The notes beneath the pieces are model-generated. The model worked only from the letters and a program-made list of their open reading frames with translations. It searched no databases and was not told where the DNA came from. A stretch of 64,000 bases of DNA from Macrostomum lignano (lineage: Eukaryota): assembly GCA_002269645.1 (NCBI GenBank), contig NIVC01000532.1:310001-374000 (forward strand). The letters run 5' to 3'. This document shows, in pieces, positions 14,140-28,012 of the stretch. Numbering within the stretch: position 1 is the first letter of the stretch; every line of letters begins with the position of its first letter. A program made the position numbers and the translations under genes.

Positions 14140-14795
14140 CCCTGACACTCTACAGTGACACCCCTGACTCTAGTGATACCCCTGACACTAGTGACACCGC
14201 TGACACTCTAGCGACACCCCTGACACTCTAGTTACACCCCTGACACTCTAGTGACACCCCTGACACTCTAGTGACACCCCTGACACTCTAGTGACACCCC
14301 TGACACTCTAGTGACACCCCTGACACTCTAGTGACACCCCTGACACTCTAGTGACACCCCTGACACTCTAGTGACACCCCTGACACTCTAGTGACACCCC
14401 TGACACTCTAGTGACACCCCTGACACTCTAGTGACACCCCTGACACTCTAGTGACACCCCTGACACTCTAGTGACACCCCTAACACTCTAGTGATACCCC
14501 TGACACTCTAGTGACACCCCTGACACTCTAGTGACACCCCTGACACTCTAGTGACACCCCTGAGTCTCTAGTGACACCCCTGACACTCTAGTTACACCCC
14601 TGACACTCTAGTGACACCCCTGACACTCTAGTGACACCCCTAACACTCTAGTGACACCCCTGACACTCTAGTTACACCCCTGACACTCTAGTGACACCCC
14701 TGACACTCTAGTGACACCCCTAACACTCTAGTGACACCCCTGACACTCTAGTGACACCCCTGACACTCTAGTGACACCCCTGACACTAGTGACAA
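14140..14795. repeat. 20-bp minisatellite (CTGACACTCTAGTGACACCC)
   Basis: About 32 highly homogeneous copies. Confidence 0.97.
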
Positions 14796-15984
14796 ATTCT
14801 GACATTCCTTTGGCGCCCCTGAATCCTCTTAGAGCCGTAAACAAAGCCCTTTTTTGGCGCTCCTGACACCCTGACAACCAGCCAGCCCTGAGCAATAGGG
14901 GCGGTTCCCGGTCTCGCAGCCGCTCAAACAGGTAGGCAAAGAGTAACGGACGGAACCTACCCGACTGTAAATGAAACTGAGGCGGAGGGGTATTGAATTA
15001 AAGAAAAATCACAGATTTGCTCAGACACAGAGAGAGAGAGAGAGTCAGTCAAGCCCAATGCCAGGACAAGAAGATCCGCAGATTCCAAGAAAGAACGCCC
15101 TGGGCCGTTTCTGCTCCCCTCCCTCCCCTCTCTGAGGCTCCCTTCCTCATCTCCGCTGAGTAGATCGATGCTAGCCCTCTTTTTCTGGGGATCTGCGCCT
15201 GTCTGCGGTATCGGATATCCCACAGTCGGCTGCTCAGTGGGCGAACTGGGAAAAAAATCCCTTCGATTTGATCGCCGCCCCAACCCCTCCTCCGCCAGTT
15301 TTTGCTTTGTGTTTCTTTCTTTCCTGCTACGCCATTTTCTGACTTTGATGACGGCGAATGGGGTTGTGCGGCAGCTGAGGTCAGGGATGCGGGGAGATGA
15401 TGCCTGTCGGACAACAAAGCTCCGCTCCAGCTGCCTGTGTTTCTTTTAAGTTCCTTCGATAAATCGAGCCGCCAGCCGCTGCCACCGCAGTGGGAGAGAG
15501 GGAGGGAGGGTCGCGGAGGGGGATTATTGTCCCCAGGACTAACGATTCCCGTTAACTGCCTGTTCGATGCAGCGCGGGGTGCGGATGCGGGGAAGCAAGG
15601 CCAGTTTTAAAGAACTAATATAGGATTTCAATTTTATCGAATTGCTTCTGGCTGCAACCCCCCTGGAGGCCGACCACCACCCCAAGCGGCCACTATGTAA
15701 CTGGGGGACTGGCGGCTGCGGCTGCAGCAGCAACTACGGTGGAGGCGAGTGCAAATCAACTTCTCGGCAAGTGCTCAGAGCAGACGGCCGCTGGGCTATC
15801 AACTCAAGTCAAGGTACGAAGTTATGGTCTAATTTGACGCTATCTATTGTTTAATTAATTATTTGTAGCAGCAGCTCGCAAGTGAAAAGGTCCGCTGTAC
15901 ATCTCCTGGGCTCAACGGGGTGACAGCTTGCCTGATTGGGGGCGGCAGAACCTGACGGCGAGGGGATGCCGGAGATTGAGACGC

Positions 15985-16240
15985 CCCTGACACCCAGTAT
16001 GTCGCTTCCTGACACCCAGTTTGGCGCTTCCTGACACCCAGTTTGGCGCTTCCTGACACCCGGTATGGCGTTTCCTGACGCCCGGTATGGCGCTTCCCTG
16101 GCACTCAGTATGGCGCTTCTTGACACCCGACATGGCGCTTCCTGACGCCCGGTATGGCGCTTCCTGACACCCAGTTTGGCGCTTCTTGACACCCGGTATG
16201 GCGCTTCCTGACTCAACCCAAATCGGCACTCCCTGACACA
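15985..16240. repeat. 22-bp minisatellite (CCTGACACCCAGTATGGCGCTT)
   Basis: About 11 diverged copies. Confidence 0.9.
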
Positions 16241-16879
16241 AAATTGGCGCGCATTTAGCCAAAGAATTCAAAGTACTAAAACTGCAGCTACAAAACTCCT
16301 GTATGGTACAGCAATACACAGTCGCTAAGGGGCTTGGCTAGGCACTGTGGAAGGATTTCCATTCACAGGCCTGAGAAATATTCTCCTGGAGCAAGCAACT
16401 CTCCAAGGAGTTATTAAAACTTCAAGACTAGCTATCCAGGCTTCTTTCGCACCCCCCTTCGGCTTTCGTGGCTTATCAGCTTCTCAGCAGCTTAACGAAT
16501 TAAACAAGATGGAGGGTACCCACACTCGCCAGCCTGGCAAATAACATGTGCAATTGCCTGCCAGCAGTAGCAGCAGCTCGGCTTCATAATTAGTTGGTCA
16601 AACACGCGCGAGGAGGAGGAGGAGAGTTAAGTTGTCAGTCAGACATTCCAATATGCGTGACCCTTCGATCTGGGCGCTGCTGGAGTTACGATCAGAGTTT
16701 CTCTCTCCAAGCTCAATGCAATCTGCACCGCTTGCGGTCTCATAGTCGGAATATGGTTCACGCCTTCACTTGGACAGCTATACAATTCTCCAAGTGCCTT
16801 TCTCACTATAGCCCCAACTCCTCTCTCCATAATACATGTATCTATCTCACATCTTGTCTCTCTATTCACTTATCTCCTT

Positions 16880-17350
16880 CTCTCCCCACCGTATCTGTTC
16901 CCTCTGTCCCTCCGTATCTGTTCCCCCACTCCCTCCGTATCTATTCCCTCTGTCCCTCCGTATCTATTCCCTCTGTCCCTCCGTATCTATTCCCTCTGTC
17001 CCTCCGTATCTATTCCCTCTGTCCCTCCGTATCTGTTCCCCCACTCCCTTTGTATATATTCCCCCACTCCCTCTGTATCTATTTCCTCTGTCCCTCCGTA
17101 TCTATTCCACCTGTCCCTCCTTATCTATTCCCCCTGTCCCTCCGTATCTATTCCACCACTCCCTCTTGTATCTATTTCCTCTGTCCCTCCGTATCTGTTC
17201 CCCCACTCCCTCCGTATCTATTCCCTCTGTCCCTCCGTATCTATTCCCCCACTCCCTCCGTATCTATTCCCTCTGTCCCTCCGTATCTATTCCCTCTGTC
17301 CCTCCGTATCTATCCCCTCTGTCCCTCCGTATCCAATTCCCCATTCCCTC
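16880..17350. repeat. 23-bp pyrimidine-rich minisatellite (CCCTCTGTCCCTCCGTATCTATT)
   Basis: About 20 copies, decaying out to about 17530. Confidence 0.92.
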
Positions 17351-18307
17351 CGTATCCTTCTCCCGTATATATTCCCTCTACTGCCGTATCTATAGCCTCT
17401 ACTTCCATTTCTATTCCCTCTAATGTGATATCTATAGCCTCTACTCCCGTATCTATTACCTCTCCCTCTCTCACCCCCGTACCTATTTCCCATCTCACCT
17501 CTCACTCTCCATATCTCGCACTAACTCCCATATCTTTCCCATAAATCTAAACGCCCAATCCCAAACAGATCCAAAGCTTCATCAGTTCACAGCTCAATAG
17601 AAGCTATAAAATTATAGCATAATATTTAGTATAAGCATGCCCCCTCTTGATCGGCATTGCCTGGGAATCTGACAGTTCAACGCAGAGCTGTCCAGAACGC
17701 GGCCACGTGCACGGCAGCAGAGAGAATCTCTTTCTACCTGAAGTATTTCTGGCAGGCTAACCCAAGAGGGTTCAAGACTGAGCAGGTGACGCTGGAACAC
17801 CACTGCCATGCGGCAGCTTCATCAAGATTAAGAGCTGCGTTGGTTAAGAGAAAAGGATTTGTGGCAAGATTGCTTCATTTAATATTCAGCCCGCAACAAA
17901 GAGGAGAACCTGGTCTCTGATTAGTGGCATGCGAACGTCTTTAACCAGTCAAAAAATCCATCTCCTCTTGCCGTGAAAAATCTCTCCTTTTTCCAGGTTG
18001 AAAAACTGAGTCCACTCTGGTCCGAGAAGCAAAAAGCCAGCCTTCTCACTTCATCCAAGCGCTTTTGTTTACTAATTCGAAAATTCATTGCCTGACGCGG
18101 CTGTTGCCACTTCACTCCCTTTCCTGGCTGGCTACCTCGGGTTCTTGAAGAAAATTACTTTCTCCTAGAAGCAAAAGTTTGGCAGCGGTTGCCCGGTAGA
18201 ATAAAAAACGCAAATTTGCCTGCTGCAGTAGATTTCCGAGCGTGCAGAAGTGAAACGATGGATGGTTGCAATGTCCTGTCAGGACTTGTTTAAACCTATA
18301 TAGGTCA

Positions 18308-19035
18308 TCTAGGATATTGGGAAATCCCTTGCCTTAATGTACCTGGATATTGGATAATCCTCTGCCTTAATCTACCTGGATATAGGATACTCCTCTGCCT
18401 TAATCTACCTGGATATTGGATAATCCTCTGCCTTAATCTACTTAATATTGGATAATCCTCTGCCTAAATCTACCTGGATATTGGATAATCCTCTGCCTTA
18501 ATCTACCTGGATATTGGATAATCCTCTGCCTTAATCTCCATCGATATTGGATAATCCTCTGCCTTAATCTACCTGGATATTGGATAATCCTCTGCCTTAA
18601 TCTACCTGCATATTGGATAATCCTCGGCCCTAATCTACCTGCATATTGGATAATCCTCTGCCCCAATCTACCTGGATATAGGATAATCCTCTGCCTTAAT
18701 CTACCTGGATATAGGATAATCCTCTGCCCTAATCTACCTGCATATTGGATAATCCTCTGCCCTAATCTACCTGTATATTGGATAATCCTCTGCCTTAATC
18801 TACCTGCATATTGGATAATCCTCTGCCTTAATCTACCTGCATATTGGATAATCCTCTGCCTTAATCTACCTGCATATTGGATAATCCTCTGCCTTAATCT
18901 ACCTCCATATTGAATAATCCTCTGCCTTAATCTACCTGCATATTGGATAATCCTCTGCCTTAATCTACCTGCATATTGGATAATCCTCTGCCTTAATCTA
19001 CCTGCATATTGATAATCCTCTGCCCTAATCTAACT
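18308..19035. repeat. 33-bp minisatellite (GGATATTGGATAATCCTCTGCCTTAATCTACCT)
   Basis: About 22 copies. Confidence 0.95.
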
Positions 19036-19735
19036 CGACATTGAAAAACAACCCATTAGCTGAATCAGGTAAACAAATTTTCGAAAAGGTGAAAGGACGA
19101 GCACGCAACCTGGTGGTGCCAGGAAAATTTGAGGAGCCTGCAATCTAGGAATGAAGGAGCTGAAAATCGATCATTCAGCAGCACAGGGCCACCGCTGTTC
19201 CACTTTCTTCTTCTAAAAGAGAGACATACAAGGAGCTGCTGTTTCAATTCCAGCGTGGGAATGCCGCGGATGGGCAACCGAAGCGCGACGCGCCGGAGAC
19301 GGGGAGGGGGGGGGGGTAACGGAGAAGGGAAAAGTAAGATGGCGAAAATCAATGAAAATCTGGGCCTAGTTTCCCCCAGCCTCTCATTATCCCAACGCTA
19401 ATGGGAAAACTAAGAGAAATTAATGATTATCGATACTTCTCCTCTCTCTGGGCCGGCAGAGTGGCGGCCGGGGCCCGGGGGCCCCTCCCAAAACTGCCCC
19501 CTCCCCTCCCCTGCCAACAGTCCGTCCATTATTTAAGCGCCTCGCCCAGCCCCTGCTTAGCGATTTTTCTCTTAGCGAGTGAGTTTAGCCAACAGCAATT
19601 ATTTCCTGCCTCAAGTTATCATACTCAATCGATAGCGGGCTGCGCTGGGCGATGGCGGTACCTGCCGCATAGCGGATGCCGACACTAATCCCTTTCTCTT
19701 CAACTTTCCCCTGACAAAACTGTTGTGTGCTGACA

Positions 19736-20990
19736 GGCGATTCTCAGGGCGGTTTAGGGCGATTCTCAATGGCGATTCTTAGGGCAGTTTAGGGCGATTC
19801 TCAATGGCGATTCTTAGGGCAGTTGAGGGCGATTCTCAATGGCGATTCTTAGGGCAGTTTAGGGCGATTCTCAATGGCGATTCTTAGGGCAGTTTAGGGC
19901 GATTCTCAAGGCGGTTTAGGGCGACTCTCAATGGCGATTCTTAGGGCGGTTTACGGCGATTCTCAATGGCGATTCTTAGGGCAGTTTAGGGCGATTCTCA
20001 ATGGCGATTATTAGGGCAGTTTAGGGCGATTCTCAATGGCGATTCTTAGGGCAGTTTAGGGCGATTCTCAATGGCGATTCTTAGGGGAGTTTAGGGCGAT
20101 TCTCAATGGCGATTCTTAGGGCGGTTTACGGCGATTCTCAATGGCGATTATTAGGGCGGTTTAGGGCGATTCTTAGGGCAGTTAAGGGCGATTTTCAATG
20201 GCGATTCTTAGGGCAGATTAGGGCGATTCTTAGGGCAGTTAAGGGCGATTCTCAATGGCGATTCTTAGGGCAGATTAGGGCGATTCTTAGGGCAGTTAAG
20301 GGCGATTCTCAATGGCGATTTTTAGGGCGGTTTACGGCGATTCTCAATGGCGATTTTCAGGGCGGTTTAGGGCGATTCTCAATGGCGATTCTTAGGGCAG
20401 TTTAGGGCGATTCTCAATGGCGATTCTTAGGGCGGTTTACGGCGATTCTCAATCGCGATTCTTAGGGCAGATTAGAGCGATTCTTAGGGCACTTAAGGGC
20501 GATTCTCAATGGCGACTCTTAGGACAGATTAGGGCGATTCTTAGGGCAGTTAAGGGCGATTCTCAATGGCGATTTTTAGGGCGGTTTACGGCGATTCTCA
20601 ATAGCGATTCTTAGGGCGGTTTAGGGCGATTCTCAATGGCGACTCTTAGGACAGATTAGGGCGATTCTTAGGGCAGTTAAGGGCGATTCTCAATGGCGAT
20701 TTTTAGGGCGGTTTACGGCGATTCTCAAGACGGTTTAGGGCGATTCTTAGGGCGATTCTTAATAGCGATTCCTATGGCAGTTTAGGGCGATTCTCAATGG
20801 CGATTCTTAGGGCGGTTTAGGGCGATTCTCAAGACGGTTTAGGGCGATTCTTAGGGTGGTTTAGGGCGATTCTCAATGGCGATTCTTAGGGCGGTTTACG
20901 GTGATTCTCAATGGCGATTCTTAGGGCAGTTTAGGGTGATTCAGGGTGGAAAAGAGGCGATTTTAAGGGCGGTTAAGAGGCGACTCTCAG
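19736..20990. repeat. 35-bp minisatellite with two TTAGGG per unit
   Basis: Unit TTTAGGGCGATTCTCAATGGCGATTCTTAGGGCAG and variants. Confidence 0.95.
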
Positions 20991-21628
20991 GCCGGTAGAA
21001 AAGTAGCACCTTTATAAAAATTTGAGAAGCAATTCTACAGTTTTACCGGTCACAACACTCCCAGTTATGTAAATTTTACCCATTTCAGGTGAACGATCGA
21101 CGCAAACAATCCGCTGAAACTAATGAACAACCATAGGCAATTAATTATTGCACTACCGCAAATCAGACTACTCTCGCTTCCTAAACAGTAGAATGTAACG
21201 CATTTTAAGTATTAACTATTACAAAAAACTTAATCTGAAGCAGGAAATTATTACAAATATACGAGGTAATGGAATAGAAAATAATTTATGCTGCAAAACA
21301 AATATATATATATAGTAAACATTATATTTATAACCGTTCATTTACTTAACGAATTGCGTGCACTTACACTGCGATAATAAAGCGGTGCAGTAAGACAAAA
21401 CAAAGAATAAATTAAACACAACTTAAATAATCTTCGCATCGGCTATGCATAAATGACGGAGTTGGAATTTTCCTAGCTAGCTAAAATACAGCAGATTATA
21501 TAAAGAGAACTTATTTATTAACCACTGGGTTTTGTAGGCTAAAAACGTGAGAAAATAACGGCATTTATGAGGGGAAAATGCAAGGCTAATGCTGCGGCTG
21601 AGAGGGTGACGGCGACAGAAAGCTAGAA

Positions 21629-22982
21629 ATCCTAGAAAACACGCACGCAACAGAGTGACAATTCCTAGAAAACACGCAACAGAGCGACAATTCCTAGAAA
21701 ACACGCACGCAACAGAGTGACAATTCCTAGAAAACACGCAACAGAGTGATTATTCCTAGAAAACACGCACGCAACAGAGTGACAATTCCTAGAAAACACG
21801 CAACAGAGTGACTATTCCTAGAAAACACGCACACAACAGAGTGACAATTCCTAGAAAACACGCAACAGACTGACAATTCCTAGAAAACACGCAACAGAGT
21901 GACAACTCCTAGAAAACACGCAACAGAGTGACAACTCCTAGAAAACACGCAACAGAGTGACAATTCCTAGAAAACACGCACGCAACAGAGTGACAATTCC
22001 TAGAAAACACGCAACAGAGTGACAATTCCTAGAAAACACACAACAGAGTGACAACTCCTAGAAAACACGCAACAGAGTGACTTTTCCTAGAAAACACGCA
22101 CGCAACAGAGCGACAATTCCTAGAAAACACGCAACAGAGTGACAATTCCTAGAAAACACGCACGCAACAGAGCGACAATTCCTAGAAAACACGCAACAGA
22201 GTGACTATTCCTAGAAAACACGCACGCAACAGAGCGACAATTCCTAGAAAACACGCACGCAACAGAGCGACAATTCCTAGAAAACACGCAACAGAGCGAC
22301 AATTCCTAGAAAACACGCAACAGAGTGACTATTCCTAGAAAACACGCACGCAACAGAGTGACTATTCCTAGAAAACACGCAACAGAGTGACAATTCCTAG
22401 AAAACACGCAACAGAGTGACTATTCCTAGAAAACACGCACGCAACAGAGTGACTATTCCTAGAAAACACGCAACAGAGCGACAATTCCTAGAAAACACGC
22501 AACAGAGCGACAATTCCTAGAAAACACGCAACAGAGTGACTATTCCTAGAAAACACGCACGCAACAGAGTGACTATTCCTAGAAAACACGCAACAGAGTG
22601 ACAATTCCTAGAAAACACGCAACAGAGTGACTATTCCTAGAAAACACGCACGCAACAGAGTGACTATTCCTAGAAAACACGCAACAGAGCGACAATTCCT
22701 AGAAAACACGCACGCAACAGAGCGACAATTCCTAGAAAACACGCAACAGAGCGACAATTCCTAGAAAACACGCAACAGAGTGACTATTCCTAGAAAACAC
22801 GCACGCAACAGAGTGACTATTCCTAGAAAACACGCAACAGAGTGACAATTCCTAGAAAACACGCAACAGAGTGACAATTCATAGAAAACACGCAACAGTG
22901 ACAATTCCTAGAAAACACGCACGCAACAGAGCGACAATTCCTAGAAAACATGCAACAGAGTGACTATTCCTAGAAAACATGC
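21629..22982. repeat. 29/33-bp minisatellite (TTCCTAGAAAACACGCAACAGAGTGACAA, +/- CACG)
   Basis: Two interspersed length variants, about 44 units. Confidence 0.96.
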
Positions 22983-23344
22983 AATAAGCCAGTACACAAT
23001 GACAGACAGAGTTCAGTCCAGTCTAGAATGAAGAAACGTAACCGGGTGAGAAGAGAACGGTGAGATCGATTTCGGATTTGCACAATGCCGTCTGTTTCAC
23101 CAAATATTTTTACAATTAACAAAACAATCGTTAACAATAGTAAAAACGGAATTTTTCGGTGAAAGAGAGAGAGAATTTCAAACAAACAGGAATTAAAAGC
23201 TAAAGCTGTGCTGATAAAGCTTACATTATTAAGCGTAAATTTATTGTTACTGTTCTTGATATAGAACCGGAAAAAAGTTACAAATTAGCTAGTTAACAAT
23301 GCGTATGTACAGCTACGACTCATGAAAGTAAGTAAAATAAAGGT

Positions 23345-23992
23345 GGCCCAGCAACTGAGCATCTGGGAGGCTGGCCAAGAAACTGAGGATCTGGGAGGCT
23401 GGCCCAGCAACTGAGCATCTGGGAGGCTGGCCCAGCAACTGAGCATCTGGGAGGCTGGCCCAGCAACTGAGGATCTGGGAGGCTGGCCCAGAAACTGAGG
23501 ATCTGGGAGGCTGGCCCAGAAACTGAGGATCTGGGAGGCTGGCCCTGCAACTGAGGATCTGGGAGGCTGGCCCAGCAACTGAGCATCTGGGAGGCTGGCC
23601 CAGCAACTGAGGATCTGGGAGGCTGGCCCAGCAACTGAGCATCTGGGAGGCTGGCCCAGCAACTGAGCATCTGGGAGGCTGGCCCAGCAGCTGAGCATCT
23701 GGGAGGCTGGCCCAGCAACTGAGCATCTGGGAGGCTGGCCCAGAAACAGAGCATCTAGGAGGCTGGCCCAGCAACTGAGGATCTGGGAAGCTGGCCCAGC
23801 AACTGAGCATCTGGGAGGCTGGCACAGAAACTGAGCATCTGGGAGGCTGGCCCAGCAACTGAGCATCTGGGAAGCTGGCCTAGCAACTGAGCATCTGGCC
23901 GATTGGCCCAGCAACTGAGCATCTGGCCGATTGGCCCAGCAACTGAGCATCTGGCCGATTGGCCCAGCAACTGAGCATCTGGCCGATTGGCC
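23345..23992 (-). repeat. 28-bp minisatellite, same family as the array in PHB2 intron 2
   Basis: Unit GGCCCAGCAACTGAG(C/G)ATCTGGGAGGCT is the reverse complement of the 31463-31986 unit; a shorter derivative occupies the distal end. Confidence 0.95.
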
Positions 23993-24056
23993 CCTTAAAA
24001 AGCATTTTAAGCAACGAATTTAAGAATAAACTATAAATCAAAACAACCGGAGGAAA

Positions 24057-24335
24057 TAGTACACACGGAACCATAGTACACACGGAACCATAGTACACAC
24101 GGAACCATAGTACACACGGAACCATAGTACACACGGAACCATAGTACACACGGAACCATAGTACACACGGAACCATAGTACACACGGAACCATAGTACAC
24201 ACGGAACCATAGTACACACGGAACCATAGTACACACGGAACCATAGTACACACGGAACCATAGTACACACGGAACCATAGTACACACGGAACCATAGTAC
24301 ACACGGAACCATAGTACACATGGAACCATAGTACA
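24057..24335. repeat. 17-bp minisatellite (ATAGTACACACGGAACC)
   Basis: About 16 perfect copies abutting the R3HCC1L-like stop codon. Confidence 0.97.
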
Positions 24336-24340
24336 GTATC

Positions 24341-24601
24341 CTACTGACTTCGCAGAGATCGCCAATTGCCATCGCTGCAGCGCGAGTTCATGCGGCTGTC
24401 GCCAATGCCGCCGTCCTTCTGCCTGCCGCCGAGGCCGGCACTGCTGGCCCGCGCACCGCCCAGATGATTGCGGATGAATCGGTGCGCCACTTTGACGTCG
24501 GTTTCTGGGCGCCGTTTCGCCGGCGCCAAAGTAGTGTCGGTCTGATTTGAGGCAATGCAAGCGGCTATGAATGCGGCCACTGCCGGGCTGGCCTGAGACA
24601 C
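24341..24601 (-). CDS. R3HCC1L: R3HCC1L/GIDRP88-like protein, downstream exon
   Basis: Phase-0 acceptor tttcctcttcag|GTG. VSQASPAVAAF...LAPAKRRPETDVKVAHRFIRNHLG resembles the family C-terminal LSQAT...[24 protein letters not shown]. TAG at 24343-24341. A further exon via a cryptic donor near the stop cannot be excluded. Confidence 0.78.
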   Translation of the reverse strand: MSQASPAVAAFIAACIASNQTDTTLAPAKRRPETDVKVAHRFIRNHLGGARASSAGLGGRQKDGGIGDSRMNSRCSDGNWRSLRSQ

Positions 24602-24654
24602 CTGAAGAGGAAACGGCCGAGCCGACTCTTATTGCTTCAACTATTGACCCCATT

Positions 24655-25010
24655 GCTAAATCCCCTGGCAACCCCAGACGCCGAAATCCTTTGTGGACGT
24701 CGAAATCCCCTGGCAACCCCTAGACACCGAAATCCCATGGCAACCCCTAGACACCGAAATCCTTTGTGGACGTCGAAATCCCCTGGCCACCCCTAGACAC
24801 CGAAATTCTTTTGTGGACGTCGAAATCCCCTGGCAACCCCTAGACACCGAAATTCTTTTGTGGACGTCGAAATCCCCTGGCAACCCCTAGACACTGAAAT
24901 CCCCTGACAACCCCTAGACACCAAAATCCCCTGGCAATCCCTAGACACCGAAATCCCCTGGCAACCCCTAGACACCGAAATCCCCTGGCAACCCCTAGAC
25001 ACCGAAATCC
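24655..25010. repeat. 27-bp minisatellite in R3HCC1L-like intron (ACCGAAATCCCCTGGCAACCCCTAGAC)
   Basis: Fills most of the 415-nt intron, with a longer variant containing TTTGTGGACGTCG. Confidence 0.93.
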
Positions 25011-25016
25011 ACTTAC

Positions 25017-25543
25017 CGGTCTCATTCTGAGACAATCCGGCGGCCTCATCGCCGCCTGTTCGGCCTCGCCAGCCGAGGCGAACGCCGCCAGCAGGTGACC
25101 ATCGTCAACAAATTGAATCCTCGGCTGGCCGAATCGGCGCAACGAATGACCGACATCGTCAACGTGCAAATCAGTGGCAAAGTCGTACAGCTCGATAAGG
25201 TGGCCCAGCTTGCCAGTGTCGATGCTAGAAGAGTTTGTCGGCGACAAAGACAGACTGGCAATGTCCAGCGTGGTCGATTCCGTCGCTAGCGCTGTCGGTC
25301 GCCGTCTCACCCACTTCTCTCGGTCAGCGGCCTCCCGACGAGCTTCGCGTCTTCGACGCTGTTCATCGGCCTCACGACGTCGACGACAATCGTCGGCCTC
25401 TTCAGCTTCGCGGATTAGCAGGGCCCGGCGGCCTGGCGGCACGTATTTGGCTTGGTCGGGCCTTCTGTATACGCCACTGCTACTGTTACTACTACTTGTG
25501 TCAGTAGTTGATGAGGACAGCGCAGCTACTGGCTCAATCGAAT
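25017..25543 (-). CDS. R3HCC1L: R3HCC1L/GIDRP88-like protein, main exon (EBM-like motif, charged coiled coil, RRM-like domain start)
   Basis: Acceptor ctacgcag|AT and donor CCG|gtaagt; 527 nt = 2 + 175 codons. Encodes RRPDQAKYVPPGRR, an E/R-rich helix, and HLIELYDF...IQFVDDGHLLAAFAS...MRP. This matches from memory the R3HCC1/R3HCC1L motif HVIEIYDF...IKWVDDTHALGVFSS...IRP. Confidence 0.8.
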
Positions 25544-27671
25544 CTGCGTAGGTAGTTTTTTATTGTCTATTACAGACAGTCTTAATGCTTTAAATATTCT
25601 TCAACTTCAAAAGTTAACTCAGTGGAAAGTTCTAATTACTAGCATATTCCAGTAGTTATTTTCTATTTGTGTAATTTTAACTCGTTTTTTTGTCATAGAC
25701 TCAGTCTAAAATTAATTAACATTGTAGTGAGTACACCTCTTCCAGCCTGTTTTAAAGGACATGTAGTCCTTTCCTGCACTATTTATTTATTTGTGTTTTT
25801 CTTTGCAAGAGTCCTGGTCCAGTAAAAATGCCTCCCCCCCCTACATAGTTCTCTAACTCTGCATTTTTTTGGTTATGAATAAACCTGCTATTTGGGGGGG
25901 GGTGTCTCTTCCAAAAATCTCAATCCATTCTTGGCAATTCTGCCTACATTCTTATTGTGACTATGTCATGCTAGAAATAAACTAGGCCTAGGTTTTTCGT
26001 GTCATAGGCATGCCATGAAATATCAAAATTAAAAATGGCATAATGATTGATGCTATTATGCCAAAAAGGTATAACAATTTTTTTGCCATTATTCTATTGC
26101 CAAATTGCCAATGCTGAATCCCCAATTCCAAATTTCAATTTTGCTTTTAAATTTGTTCAAATATTACCTTGTTTTTTGTGACAGTTGTATGATTTATAAT
26201 TTGTACAGTATGATCAATGGCAAATTGTATCTTATCATGCATTCTTAGAAATTTTGCTTTTGTAATTGGAATTGGCAAATTCTATCTTGCATTTTATGCC
26301 AATGGCATGTCAAAATTGATAAAGGCATAATAATTTTGATGCTATTATGCCAAATGGCATAATGATTTTGACAAAAAAAACCCAGGACTAGGCATCACCT
26401 GAAACCATATATGCATGCTAAAGGCAGTTAAGACTGATATTCTAACTCCATATTGAATGCAAGTAGGTTGGCAAGCAAGGGTCTGAATATGAATGTTAAT
26501 ATGAATATAAATTTTATTGCATTTTTGACTAAGGCAGGTCACTTTAATTCAAATTTAATTTTAAGTTTTGTTTATCCCCTTAACCATTAACAAGGTTTGT
26601 TAGAGCTCAACTTCTACATATTTCAAAATGCATGCAAAAATAGTTCCAATAGATTTATTGGAATTCAGTAGGTTTAAAAGAGTGCCAGGCTTTTTGGCGA
26701 CAGTTGATTTTGGCAACATGAAAAATTGTGACTTTGGCGCAACAAGCAATATTAAATTTGGCAACAAGTACATTTTGTCAACAATGTTTATTGTCTAAGT
26801 ACAACTGTGTGTTTCCAAGAGTGTTCTAGCTCAATCCAAGTCAAAGTCAATGCAGTTGTCATTGAAAACCAAACCGTAGATCCAAAAGCCGCGCAAATGA
26901 CCCAATGCCCTCACCCACCCCAAATCAGAGAAGTGAAGGAGACTAAAGCTACCTGACAGTAGCATGAAAATTATGGTGTACTATGGCGCCATAACCCATC
27001 ACCCTCCCCCCACACACCAGCTAAGTATAAGCTATATATTTCAAAGCGCTGACACTTTTAGTCAACTAAAACTTTTTGCCGAATTTAACATTGCTTGTCA
27101 CTGAAGTCACCATTTTCTGTGTCGCCGAAATGCCTGGAATTCGTTTAAAATCCCTGGGTTTTATAACAGCTTCTAAAAAAATAAATATCAAATAATAACT
27201 ATTTGCCTTTATTATCCTATATATAACTGGCATATTATCAAGTAACCAAATTTATCAATAATACATATGGCGAAATCCAAAAATTGGGGGCAAGTTTTAT
27301 GAAAATTTGTTTTTTGGCAATTTGAAAGCAATAAAGCTATAAAATAAATTTATTTAAGTTTTTTAAAGGTAAAAAAGTCTATAAAAGCACAAATGATTTA
27401 CGTATAGCTTTATTTTTAATAAAATGATTTGTTAAAACGGTAAGTTTAATTACGACCTAAAATGACTTATGAAAATGATAGAAAAGCTATATTAATATAT
27501 TTTATTAACTTTACCTATCTTATAATGTTACACTCTATGATTCTACAACATATTTAATGTTATTTTTAAGGGTTTATTTGTTTATCACTTTTGTTACTCT
27601 TGACAATGTGTATTTTGTAGAGTTTGTTTGCAATAAATTGTATTCAACATAAGTTTATTATTTAAACATAC

Positions 27672-28012
27672 AAATTCCCATAAGGATTGGAAAATAGCAT
27701 TTTACTCAGCTTCTACTAAAGCAATTTGGAAAATTCTTTTTTCTTGCATACACGCCGCAATGATACATGTTTTAGTGTAATTTCATTGTTCTTCGTCGCT
27801 TAATAAGCATATAGTAAGCATCTGATTTGGAAGCCGGGTAACACATTGAAATTCCCATAAGGATTAGAAAATTGCATTTTACTCAGCTTCTACCAAAGCA
27901 ATTTAGAAAATTCATTTTTTCCTGCATACACGCCGGAGTGATAGTGTAATTTCATTGTTCTTTGTCGCTTAATAAGCATATAGGAAGCATTTGATTTGGA
28001 TGCCGGGTAACA
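27672..28012. repeat. Tandem duplication of a ~175-bp AT-rich segment
   Basis: AAATTCCCATAAGGATT...GCCGGGTAAC at 27672-27842 and 27849-28011, moderately diverged. Confidence 0.85.
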
